Shown here piece by piece: positions 26,457 through 34,945 of a stretch of DNA of 64,000 nt; position 1 is the first letter of the stretch, and every line of letters begins with the position of its first letter. Location: NCBI GenBank assembly GCA_013336225.1, contig JAAXUC010000002.1, positions 74,634 through 138,633 of the forward strand, in the 5' to 3' direction. A program made the translations under genes and the position numbers. The stretch comes from Candidatus Moraniibacteriota bacterium (lineage in GTDB: Bacteria; Patescibacteriota; Minisyncoccia; Moranbacterales; GWC2-37-73). Under the pieces are notes generated by a model. That model was not told where the DNA came from. It did no database searches and saw nothing but the letters and a program-made list of their open reading frames with translations.

Positions 26457-26507
26457 AAAACAAAAACAGAGAGGACTTTTTGAGTCCTCTCTGTTTTTGT
26501 TTTATTT
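26457..26507 (+). terminator. Strong Rho-independent terminator after tRNA-Pro
   Basis: AAAACAAAAACAGAGAGGACT-TTTTG-AGTCCTCTCTGTTTTTGTTTTATTTT. Confidence 0.75.
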
Positions 26508-26508
26508 T

Positions 26509-26815
26509 GGATTGCCAGGGATTCGAACCGGTGGCAGTGAGCTAGAGAATTTTCAGCAGAAAATTGTCGCAGCGAACGCCGGTAAATGTGAGGAATACGA
26601 ACATTTAGCGCCACCGCGGACAAGGAGATTGTGAGCGACGGCGAACAAGCGACGCGGAAATCCCTGCTTCTCTGCGTACTCGCGAGAAAGTTCGGGGGAA
26701 GAGGAATCCCTCTCCTTATGGCATTTAGGAAGTACGAACATTCAGCTCTGCCGCGGACAACTAGCAATCAGCAAATTGCGAGGCGTAAATCTCTGCACCC
26801 ATTTGTATAAAAACC
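26509..26815. ncRNA. Candidate structured non-coding RNA region, identity unresolved (contains an inverted tRNA T-arm fragment)
   Basis: About 300 nt that is markedly more GC-rich than its surroundings. CCAGGGATTCGAACC is the reverse complement of a tRNA T-arm. Internal near-duplicate segments are GGAATACGAACATTTAGCGCCACCGCGGACAA and GGAAGTACGAACATTCAGCTCTGCCGCGGACAA. There is no convincing ORF and no full tRNA, tmRNA or RNase P fold. Confidence 0.3.
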
Positions 26816-26858
26816 CTTTTCGTGCTTAGATTAAAGCATAATTGTAAGATAATCAGAT

Positions 26859-27503
26859 ATGAGTTATCACGGAAAAATTGACAATAGAAAGAAGATTGCC
26901 TTGATTGTGGCGCGCGAGCTGCGAGCGCTTTTTCCGGATGCTAAAATTGCTCTTAATTTCAGCAATTCCTGGGAACTTTTAGTGGCGGTGATTTTGTCTG
27001 CGCAGTGCACTGATAAGAAAGTGAACGAAGTGACGGCCAAGCTTTTTCAAAAATATCCAATATTGGATGACTATGTGGCTGCCAACCAACTGGAATTTCA
27101 GCAAGATGTTTTTCAAACAGGTTTTTATCATAATAAAGCTAAGAACATTTTGGCTAGCGCCAAGATTGTTAAAGAGAAATATCAAGGTAAAGTTCCTTGT
27201 ACAATGCAGCAGCTCCTTGAACTGCCTGGCGTCGCCCGCAAGACCGCCAATGTGGTTTTGGGCAGTGCATGCGGCGTGCATGTGGGAATCGCGGTGGACA
27301 CGCATGTGCGAAGACTTTCCAATCTTTTGGGACTTAGTCCTGAAAAAAATCCTGATAAGATTGAAAGAGATTTGATGCAAATTTTTCCCAAACAGGAATG
27401 GCCAAAACTTTCCTACCGCTTGATTGAATATGGCCGCAAATATTGCAGTGCTAAAAAACATGATCACGAAAATTGTCCACTGACAAAAATTTTAAACAGC
27501 TAA
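26859..27503 (+). CDS. nth: Endonuclease III-like HhH-GPD DNA glycosylase
   Basis: Helix-hairpin-helix LPGVARKTANVVL with the catalytic D in VDTHVRRL. Only two Cys lie in the C-terminal region, where canonical Nth has a C-X6-C-X2-C-X5-C 4Fe-4S motif. Confidence 0.7.
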   Translation: MSYHGKIDNRKKIALIVARELRALFPDAKIALNFSNSWELLVAVILSAQCTDKKVNEVTAKLFQKYPILDDYVAANQLEFQQDVFQTGFYHNKAKNILASAKIVKEKYQGKVPCTMQQLLELPGVARKTANVVLGSACGVHVGIAVDTHVRRLSNLLGLSPEKNPDKIERDLMQIFPKQEWPKLSYRLIEYGRKYCSAKKHDHENCPLTKILNS

Positions 27504-27522
27504 ATTTTAGAAATTTAAAAAT

Positions 27523-28659
27523 ATGTTAAGTTATATTGAAATTTCAAAAGAAAATTTGCTACATAATTTTGCGATGATGAAATCATTGGTTGGGTCTGGA
27601 GTGAAAGTCATTTCCGTGATAAAAGCCAATGCTTATGGGCATGGTCAAAATGAGGTGGCTAAAATTTTGGAAGAAGTCACTGACTATTTTCAAGTTGATG
27701 ATCTGCAGGAACTTAAACTGCTGCGAGAGGTTTCGCAAAAACCTGTTTTAGTGCTGGGCTATATTGCCACAGATGAAATGAAAGAAGCGCTGAAGTTGGA
27801 TGGAATCCTGGGTGTCTATGACGAAGGTCAGATTCTGGCTTTAAACGAAATTGCCAAAGAGTTTGGAAAAAAAGTTTTGGTGCATGTGAAAATTGACGCC
27901 TATCTTGGGCGCCAGGGCGTGCTGCCTGAAAATGTCGAGGAAATTTCAAGGGTGCTTAAAAAATGTGAAAATCTGGTGGTGGATGGAATTTATTCACATT
28001 TTGCAAACATTGAAGACACTAGTGATTTTTCGCATGCTCAAAAACAAATTGATGCTTTTGCCAGAGCCGTGGAAGTTTTCAAAGAAAATGGTTTTGCAGA
28101 TTTGAAAACGCACATGTCGGCAAGCTCAGGAATCATGGTGTGGGAAAACGGACAAGGCAATTCTCACTTAGTGAGGCCAGGTATTAGTTTGTATGGCATG
28201 TGGCCATCTAATGAATTGAAAAATAAGCTTGATCCGCCAGCTGGCGGAAAAAACTTCAAGCTAAAACCGGTTGCGCGTTGGATTTCACATGTAGCACAGG
28301 TCAAAACCGTGCCAATTGGCTATTCGATCGGCTATGGACTTACGCACATTACAAAAAAAATAACCAAAATAGCTGTGATTCCTCAGGGATATAGTGACGG
28401 CTTTGATCGCGGACTTTCCAATTGTGGAGAGGTACTGGTCGGCGAAACAAGATGTCCAATCTTGGGGCGTGTGGCTATGAATATGTTCGTGGTGGATGTT
28501 TCACATTTAGAGGGAGTGATTGCTGGAGACGAAGTGGTTTTGTTGGGCAAGCAAGGAGAGCAAGAAATCATGGCTGAGGAAATTGCAGAAAAAATTGATA
28601 CGATTAATTATGAGATAACCACTCGAATTTCTCCATTGCTGAAAAGAATTGTTGTGTAG
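27523..28659 (+). CDS. alr: Alanine racemase
   Basis: PLP-lysine motif VIKANAYGHG near the N-terminus. 378 aa with the alanine racemase N- and C-domain pattern. Confidence 0.8.
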   Translation: MLSYIEISKENLLHNFAMMKSLVGSGVKVISVIKANAYGHGQNEVAKILEEVTDYFQVDDLQELKLLREVSQKPVLVLGYIATDEMKEALKLDGILGVYDEGQILALNEIAKEFGKKVLVHVKIDAYLGRQGVLPENVEEISRVLKKCENLVVDGIYSHFANIEDTSDFSHAQKQIDAFARAVEVFKENGFADLKTHMSASSGIMVWENGQGNSHLVRPGISLYGMWPSNELKNKLDPPAGGKNFKLKPVARWISHVAQVKTVPIGYSIGYGLTHITKKITKIAVIPQGYSDGFDRGLSNCGEVLVGETRCPILGRVAMNMFVVDVSHLEGVIAGDEVVLLGKQGEQEIMAEEIAEKIDTINYEITTRISPLLKRIVV

Positions 28660-28810
28660 GCATTGACGCTTAACTTTCTCTCAAATGCGTGCTATGCTTT
28701 GATGGTTGTAAAGTGGAAAAAAGATAAAAATTAAGCAGAGGTATGCACCTGAATTGAAAGGGTATTTGGATTGGTCGCGTATGAATTCATGTATACAGCT
28801 GGCGGGTTAA

Positions 28811-29422
28811 ATGAAAAGTGAAAATTTGAAAGAATTTAATAGTGCTGAGGATGTCGCAGAAATGTCAGATGAAGAGCTTGTTTTGTTGACCCTTGAAAAT
28901 CCCAATGCTTACGGTTTTTTGATTGAGCGTTATGAGGAGAAACTGACGAGATATATTCTGCGAATTTCTGGTGGTTCAAAAGAAGATGTGGAAGACACGT
29001 TGCAAGATGTTTTCATTAGTGCCTATAAGAACATCAATTCTTTTGATCAAGATCTCAAATTTTCATCTTGGATTTATCGAATTGCACATAATAAAGTCAT
29101 CAGTCATTTCCGAAAAATAACTGCCAGGCCAAAGACAGTGACCTATGAAGGAGACAATCAGTTGCTCAACATTCTGGCAAGCAGTGAAGATTTGGCCAAA
29201 GAACTGGAGCGGAAATATACTGGCGAAGAAGTGAGGTCACTTTTGGAGCAAATGGATGAACGCTACAAGGAGGTTTTGGTGCTCAAATTCTTGGAAGAAA
29301 AAGATTACAAGGAAATTTCAGATATTTTGGAGAAACCGATGGGAACAGTGGCAACCTTGATAAATAGGGCTAAGAAACAATTTAAAGAAAAAGCAATTAA
29401 GCGAGATTTAAAAAAAGTATGA
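28811..29422 (+). CDS. RNA polymerase sigma factor, ECF (sigma-70 regions 2 and 4)
   Basis: Region 2 is DTLQDVFISAYKNINSFD...FSSWIYRIAHNKVISHFRK. Region 4 is YKEVLVLKFLEEKDYKEISDILEKPMGTVATLINRAKKQF. Confidence 0.75.
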   Translation: MKSENLKEFNSAEDVAEMSDEELVLLTLENPNAYGFLIERYEEKLTRYILRISGGSKEDVEDTLQDVFISAYKNINSFDQDLKFSSWIYRIAHNKVISHFRKITARPKTVTYEGDNQLLNILASSEDLAKELERKYTGEEVRSLLEQMDERYKEVLVLKFLEEKDYKEISDILEKPMGTVATLINRAKKQFKEKAIKRDLKKV

Positions 29423-30135
29423 CTAAATTCAGCGAAGACATTATTGGAAAAATTAAATGCGATCATATCGCTCCTGTTCCTCGTTGGCATTTTTTATTTA
29501 AAAGATGCTGTTTTTGGATGCTTTTTGCCATCTCCATGATCCTGGGCAGCATTTCTTTTAGCGTTATTGTGCATGTTTTGAAATCTGGTGATTTTGATAT
29601 TGTGCATCATCTGCAGGGAAATCTGGCAACTTCAACTGTCATGTTGCTGCCATATTTCTGGCTGCTATTCTTGATTCTTTTTGCAGCAATTGCTTACACT
29701 AACTGGAAATGCACGAAACTGGGATATTGCTTCAAGCGCAGATGGATTGTTTTTGGCAGCTTTGCATTGAGCATTTTTTTGGGAAGTATTTTGTATGTAC
29801 TTGGCATGGGAAAATATATTGATAGGATGATGACAAGATCGATGCCATTTTATAATCAATCCAAGCATGATGCACTCAGAGAAATGTGGCTTCATCCTGA
29901 GAATGGTTTTTTGACTGGAAAAATTGTTGAAATAAATGAAGAGACAGAGGAGCTTGTTGTGATTGATGAAGAGGGTAGAAAATGGATCGTTGATGACGAT
30001 GGCATTTATTGGGAGAATGTTGAATTGGAAAAAAGGGGAAAGATTGTTAAAGTTATCGGCAGCAGGGAAGGTGAAAGTAACTTCAAGGCAAGAGAAATAC
30101 GAAGATGTGGAAACTGCGAAGATGATGAGGAATAA
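29419..30135 (+). CDS. Membrane protein co-transcribed with the ECF sigma factor (candidate anti-sigma factor)
   Basis: It overlaps the sigma gene stop by 4 nt. 238 aa with an N-terminal cytoplasmic segment, multiple TM helices and a Cys-containing acidic C-terminus. Confidence 0.4.
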   Translation: MTKFSEDIIGKIKCDHIAPVPRWHFLFKRCCFWMLFAISMILGSISFSVIVHVLKSGDFDIVHHLQGNLATSTVMLLPYFWLLFLILFAAIAYTNWKCTKLGYCFKRRWIVFGSFALSIFLGSILYVLGMGKYIDRMMTRSMPFYNQSKHDALREMWLHPENGFLTGKIVEINEETEELVVIDEEGRKWIVDDDGIYWENVELEKRGKIVKVIGSREGESNFKAREIRRCGNCEDDEE

Positions 30136-30213
30136 AAACATATAATCATGCAATCATACAAGCATTTAAACATGTAAGTGTAAGCATGAATGCAAAATGC
30201 AGAGAGCTCAAAT

Positions 30214-30248
30214 AAAAAAAGTCATGATGGAAATCATGACTTTTTTTG
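30214..30248 (+). terminator. Rho-independent terminator
   Basis: AAAAAAAGTCATGAT-GGAA-ATCATGACTTTTTTTGG. Confidence 0.7.
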
Positions 30249-30272
30249 GTTGCAGGACATTTTTTGATATCT

Positions 30273-30416
30273 TGTTTTGCTTATTTCCTTTTTTAGGAAC
30301 ATTTTTGACTGAAAATCAATAGTCAAAAAACTTACTCGCTTCCGCCAGCTGGCGGAGCATGCGTAGGTCCTAAAAAGAAAATAAGCAAATCAAAAAGTGC
30401 GAGTTAATTTTTGAAA
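30273..30416 (+). repeat. Family B structured repeat, copy 3 (with a 14-bp palindrome insertion)
   Basis: Same arms and inner hairpin as copies 1 and 2. The core CTCGCT is replaced by TCCGCCAGCTGGCGGAGCAT, which contains the perfect palindrome CCGCCAGCTGGCGG. Confidence 0.7.
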
Positions 30417-30430
30417 CCATATATTATTTA

Positions 30431-31627
30431 TTATTTTAACAATTCAGTTTTTTCCAGGGTTTCACTGATAAGTGTTGGAATGTCCAAAGCTTTTTCTGCC
30501 TCCAAAACCTCCCAAAGTTTTGCGCGCGTTTCAGGTTTCTTGGGCATCAGGCGCGTGCAGCAATCATCATGAGGCAAGATGGAAATATCATAGGTTCCGA
30601 TTGCTTTGGCTTTTTGCATGATTTCTTCCTTGTCCATTCCAATCAGTGGTCTGAAAATTGGCAAAGTGGCAGCCTGGCTGACAACCAAAATGTTTTCCAA
30701 GGTTTGCGAAGCAACTTGTCCGATCGAATCGCCCGTGATGAGTGCTAAACACTTTTCTTTTTTGGCCAGTGCTTCACTGATGCGCATCATCATGCGACGA
30801 TAGAGAATCACGCGAAATCTTTCCGGTGTTTTCATCATGATTTCCTGCTGCACGCTGGCAAAGGGAATGAGATATATTCTGGTGGAGCCACCAAACGTTT
30901 TCAGCTTTTGGCTCAGGGTGACAACTTTTTCAATGGAGGCTTTGGAAGTGTAGGGAGCAGAATGGAAATGGGCATAGCGAAGTTGCACGCCACGTCGCAT
31001 GATTTGAAAAGCAGCCACTGGAGAATCGAAACCACCTGAAAGCATCGCCATGGCCTTGTTGCCTGTGCCCACAGGCATGCCGCCCAGTCCTTGAATTTTC
31101 TGCAAGGAAATGAGAGCAAATTCATTGATGATGAAAATTTTGCATTCAAGCTCCGGATTTTTCATGCTGACTGCCTTTTTCCCATCAAGCTTATCGAAAA
31201 TATAGCCACCGACTTCTCGGTTGATTTCTTCAGAAGTCATGGGAAAATTCTTGTTTGATCGCTGAGTGGTGACGCGAAAAGTTTTAAAGTCTCCGCCAGC
31301 TGGCGGATAGATGGTATGTTTTACGATTTCCCAACAAGCAGTTTTCAAGGCTTCAATATCTTGTGTAACGCTCGTGGCGAAAGAGAAATTGGCAATGCCA
31401 AAAGTGTGCATCAGCGCGCCATGAATCAAGGTTTCATTTTCAATCCCTTTGGCGCTCAGTTTGATTAAAATTCCACCAGACATTCTTTTGACATAGTCAA
31501 AGCTGCCCTCACAAAAAGCATTCAATTGATTTTGAATGTTGGTGATTAATTGCGCTTCGAAAAAGTTGCGGTTTCCGCCTTTAAGCGCAATTTCTCCGTA
31601 GTGACAGAGGACGAATTCGTAATTCAT
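30431..31627 (-). CDS. thiI: tRNA 4-thiouridine(8) synthase ThiI (THUMP + PP-loop ATP pyrophosphatase)
   Basis: PP-loop motif LSGGFDSPVAAF. An N-terminal THUMP-like region is present. 398 aa. Confidence 0.8.
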   Translation of the reverse strand: MNYEFVLCHYGEIALKGGNRNFFEAQLITNIQNQLNAFCEGSFDYVKRMSGGILIKLSAKGIENETLIHGALMHTFGIANFSFATSVTQDIEALKTACWEIVKHTIYPPAGGDFKTFRVTTQRSNKNFPMTSEEINREVGGYIFDKLDGKKAVSMKNPELECKIFIINEFALISLQKIQGLGGMPVGTGNKAMAMLSGGFDSPVAAFQIMRRGVQLRYAHFHSAPYTSKASIEKVVTLSQKLKTFGGSTRIYLIPFASVQQEIMMKTPERFRVILYRRMMMRISEALAKKEKCLALITGDSIGQVASQTLENILVVSQAATLPIFRPLIGMDKEEIMQKAKAIGTYDISILPHDDCCTRLMPKKPETRAKLWEVLEAEKALDIPTLISETLEKTELLK

Positions 31628-31837
31628 GTATTTTGTGTATCGTATTTAGTATCTTGTATGGATGCAAAACGCAGAAATGCATCAAGTATTTATAGCACGT
31701 AATTTGGCAAAAGAAAAGGGCAAAACAATGAAATATGCTTAATTATTGCTTATTTTCATAATTTACGGTAGTATGTTTGAGTTAAAGGAAATTAATTAAC
31801 AAGGATGTATCTTATACAAAATACTAAATACAAATTT

Positions 31838-32890
31838 ATGGCTTTACAAATAGGAATCGTGGGATTGCCAAATGTGGGGAAATCAACCCTTTTTAAGGCA
31901 CTTACCAAAAATCCCGTGGAAATCAGCAACTATCCATTCTGCACCATTGAACCCAATGTTGGCGTGGTGAAAGTGCCAGACGAACGTTTGGACAAGCTTT
32001 CGGTGATGTCTGACACGGAAAAAATCGTGCCAGCCGTGGTGGAATTTGTGGATATTGCTGGAATTGTGAAAGGTGCCAGCGAGGGGGAGGGACTAGGAAA
32101 CAAATTTCTGGCTAATATTAGGGAAGTTGATGCCATTGCACAAGTTGTGCGAGTTTTTGAAAATTCCAACATCACCCATGTGCACAACAAAGTTGATCCC
32201 TTGGAGGACATTGAAATCATAAACACGGAACTTATTTTGGCTGACTTGGAAACCGTGACCAAAAGAATGGAGAGACTTGCCAAGGATGCGCGTGGAAATG
32301 ACAAAGATGCTCAATTTAAGCTGATAATTGCCGAAAAAATCAAGCATAATTTGGAAAAGGGGTTGTTGGCGAACACGGCTGACATTGATTTTGACGATGC
32401 AAACACTAAAATTGCCGTCAGGGAATTGCAATTGCTAACCATGAAGCCATTTTTATATGTCTATAATGTTTCTGACATCAATGAACAGTTGCCTGATATT
32501 TTGGAGAACAGGTTGCATGTGAAACTTGATATCAAGATTGAAGAGGAATTGATTGAAATGAGTGAAGAGGAAAAAGCTGAAATGGAACTAACTTCACACA
32601 TCAATGATTTGATAGTGAAAGCCTATGACCTTCTGGGACTGCAGACTTTCATCACCACTGGCAAAATTGAAACCCGCGCTTGGACCATTAAAAAGGGTGC
32701 CACTGCGCCAGAAGCAGGAGCTGCCATCCACACCGACTTTCAAGAAAAGTTCATTCGCGCTGACGTGATCATGTGGGACAAACTTTTGGAAATTGGATCT
32801 TGGGGAAAAGCCAAAGAATTGGGCGCCGTCAAAACTGTCGGCCGGGATTATGTGATGACAGACGGGGAGGTGGTTGAATTCAAGGTCTAA
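31838..32890 (+). CDS. ychF: Ribosome-binding ATPase YchF (Obg-family GTPase with TGS domain)
   Basis: [23 protein letters not shown] at the N-terminus, then ...[10 protein letters not shown]... and a C-terminal TGS-like region. The ORF track starts 11 codons upstream (31805). Confidence 0.85.
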   Translation: MALQIGIVGLPNVGKSTLFKALTKNPVEISNYPFCTIEPNVGVVKVPDERLDKLSVMSDTEKIVPAVVEFVDIAGIVKGASEGEGLGNKFLANIREVDAIAQVVRVFENSNITHVHNKVDPLEDIEIINTELILADLETVTKRMERLAKDARGNDKDAQFKLIIAEKIKHNLEKGLLANTADIDFDDANTKIAVRELQLLTMKPFLYVYNVSDINEQLPDILENRLHVKLDIKIEEELIEMSEEEKAEMELTSHINDLIVKAYDLLGLQTFITTGKIETRAWTIKKGATAPEAGAAIHTDFQEKFIRADVIMWDKLLEIGSWGKAKELGAVKTVGRDYVMTDGEVVEFKV

Positions 32891-32909
32891 AAAGTTTTCT
32901 TCAATAGTT

Positions 32910-32933
32910 TCCTCTCCTTTGATAAGGAGAGGA
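32910..32933 (+). terminator. Weak hairpin downstream of ychF
   Basis: CCTCTCCTT-TGAT-AAGGAGAGG with no clear T-run. Confidence 0.25.
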
Positions 32934-33060
32934 TGTCATGTATTCATGACAGGTGAGGTCGGATCGTAAGTAGTTTTTCAACTTTTTATAAAATATGCAT
33001 TAAAAACTGTTGGCCATGTGCTGGCAGTTTTTTTTGTTTAAATAGCGCTCAAATAGTTTT

Positions 33061-33199
33061 TATTATCGAACGTAGCGAGCGAAATGATTTGTCAGCAGAC
33101 AAAATCATTTCCGAGCGAGTGATGATAATAAATTGGTTAATATCTCGCGGCTTGCCGCGGAAACCCAGAGGGTTCGGGGCTTGCCCCGGGGTTAATACC
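33061..33199 (+). repeat. Family A structured repeat, copy 3 (diverged)
   Basis: Collinear with copy 1. All three hairpins are retained through compensatory substitutions (TCGCGG-CTTG-CCGCGA; CGGGGC-TTG-GCCCCG). Confidence 0.7.
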
Positions 33200-33357
33200 T
33201 ATTTATTTTTGTGCGGAAAAACAATTGCAACTTTTAAAATTAACACCAATGTGACTTGTTTTAATGCAAAAAATAAAAACTATTCTCGCTGTCTACTAAT
33301 AACGTTTAGATGTTAACAGCTCTTAACATATTTGTGTTGTATGGCATGTGGTTTTTG

Positions 33358-33366
33358 TGCTATAAT
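33358..33366 (+). promoter_or_regulatory. Candidate extended -10 promoter element upstream of the locus-2 histidine kinase
   Basis: TGCTATAAT (TGn + TATAAT) about 38 nt upstream of the ATG at 33405. Confidence 0.3.
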
Positions 33367-33404
33367 TATCTTAATAATATAAACATAAAATACCCAATAA
33401 AATT

Positions 33405-34391
33405 ATGATGCTTAAGTTAAGACAAAGGCTTTACGATGAACTTAATTTGAAAAAGCAAGCTGCTGATCTTGGGATAAGCGTCTGGCAAACTCCTAGTTTT
33501 TTGTTTATTGTGATGGGGGTGATTATTATTTCTGCCATGAGTGGAATTTACATTGTTTCCACTAACTATGATTCACCCGAGATAGTGGTGATCAGTGAAT
33601 CATTGGTGGTGATTTTGCTTTTGACAGTTGGAAATTCAATCATTAGAACAGTGGAAGAAGTGGCCAAGTCAAACAAGATGAAATCAGAATTCGTTTCAAT
33701 CGCTTCGCATCAGCTGAAGACTCCAATTTCAGAGATGAAATGGCAGATTGAATTGCTACTTTCAAAATTTACGGATGGACTTAGTGAGAAACAATTGGAA
33801 ATCATCAGTGAAGTTTCACATTCAGGGGAAAAAATGGGAAGATTGATTAATGACTTGTTGGATGTTGCCAGAATCGATCAAGGACAGTTGGCGCTTATTA
33901 ATGAGGAAATGAATTTTTGCACCATGGTGGACAGCGCAGTTATGGCTCAGCAATCTTTGGCCAAAGCCTCAAATGTGGAATTGATAGTGACATGTAATTT
34001 GAAAAAATTGGAAGTTGTTGTTGATAGGCGGAGAATAGCTGTGGTGTTGGATAATCTTATCACTAATGCAATTAAATATACTGATGGCAAAGGAAAAGTC
34101 GAAGTTATCGTGGAAGAGGCTGATGGTTTTGCGCAATTTTGCATTAGAGATAATGGAGTTGGAATTCCAAGAAATGAACAATCTAGTCTTTGCCAGAAAT
34201 TTTTCAGAAGCAATAATTCAATTAAGAATGAAACGGATGGCACAGGCTTAGGCTTATATATTGCCAAGAACATCGTGGAGCAGTCAGGTGGAAAACTTTG
34301 GTTTAAGTCTATTGAAAATGTTGGCAGTGAATTTTATTTCTCACTACCATTGATGACTGATGAGAAAAAAGGTTTAGGAATTTTAAAGTAA
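33405..34391 (+). CDS. Sensor histidine kinase (small, membrane-anchored)
   Basis: 328 aa with an H-box SIASHQLKTPISEMKW and N, G1 and G2 motifs (ITNAIKYT, DNGVGIP, GTGLGLYIAKNIV). Confidence 0.8.
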   Translation: MMLKLRQRLYDELNLKKQAADLGISVWQTPSFLFIVMGVIIISAMSGIYIVSTNYDSPEIVVISESLVVILLLTVGNSIIRTVEEVAKSNKMKSEFVSIASHQLKTPISEMKWQIELLLSKFTDGLSEKQLEIISEVSHSGEKMGRLINDLLDVARIDQGQLALINEEMNFCTMVDSAVMAQQSLAKASNVELIVTCNLKKLEVVVDRRRIAVVLDNLITNAIKYTDGKGKVEVIVEEADGFAQFCIRDNGVGIPRNEQSSLCQKFFRSNNSIKNETDGTGLGLYIAKNIVEQSGGKLWFKSIENVGSEFYFSLPLMTDEKKGLGILK

Positions 34392-34457
34392 AAATATTAA
34401 TAAATGTTATAATTGCTCAAGTGCAGACAGGATTTGCATTTGTTGCATCAAATTAGT

Positions 34458-34835
34458 ATGGCTGATAAAAAACTGCTGATTATCGAAGATGATTTGGTTT
34501 TGCAAAAAGCACTCAGTGAATATCTGATTGCGGAAGGTTTCAATGTTTTATCAGCAGGAGATGGTGAAACTGGTGTGCAGATGGCGCTTGGTGAATTGCC
34601 AGATTTGATTTTGCTCGACATTGTTTTGCCGAAAAAAGATGGATACACTGTACTTACGGAAGTTAGAGCTAATGAAGCTACAAAGCATGTTCCAATTGTG
34701 CTGCTGACTAATCTAGGAAGCATTTCTGACGTGGAAAAAGCCATTGAATTGGGCGCAACAACCTATCTCGTGAAAGCTGATTACAAATTGGAAGAAGTGA
34801 TGATGAAAGTTAAGGAAATTTTGAATATCAAATAA
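34458..34835 (+). CDS. Response regulator, receiver domain only
   Basis: MADKKLLIIEDD...LILLDIVLPKKDG...K. No output domain. The ORF track starts 15 codons upstream. Confidence 0.75.
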   Translation: MADKKLLIIEDDLVLQKALSEYLIAEGFNVLSAGDGETGVQMALGELPDLILLDIVLPKKDGYTVLTEVRANEATKHVPIVLLTNLGSISDVEKAIELGATTYLVKADYKLEEVMMKVKEILNIK

Positions 34836-34945
34836 AGCCATAAAGCCTCTAGTCAACCAAGCAGGCAGACAAAAAAATACAAAAACACAAAAAACCCCAG
34901 TTAAATTTTCGTCAAAAGCGAATTTAACGGGATAAATAAAAATAA

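Noticed and set aside
26420-26767. 115-aa and 62-aa minus-strand ORFs spanning tRNA-Pro, its terminator and the GC-rich structured region
   Set aside because: They overlap a bona fide tRNA gene and terminator. The peptide composition is Arg/Ser/Ala-rich noise typical of GC-rich RNA genes read as protein.
26509-26830. tmRNA (ssrA) or RNase P RNA assignment for the structured region
   Set aside because: GGGATTCGAACCGG resembles the tmRNA 5' GGAUUCGAC box and GAGAAAGTTCGGGG resembles RNase P CR-I. However, no acceptor-stem/T-arm pairing closes either strand, no tag reading frame ends in a hydrophobic -AA stop, no P4 partner was found, and the length is short for RNase P. It is left as unassigned.
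33089-33316. 75-aa plus-strand ORF covering family A copy 3
   Set aside because: It translates the structured repeat and the following AT-rich promoter region. The same element elsewhere is not in an ORF.
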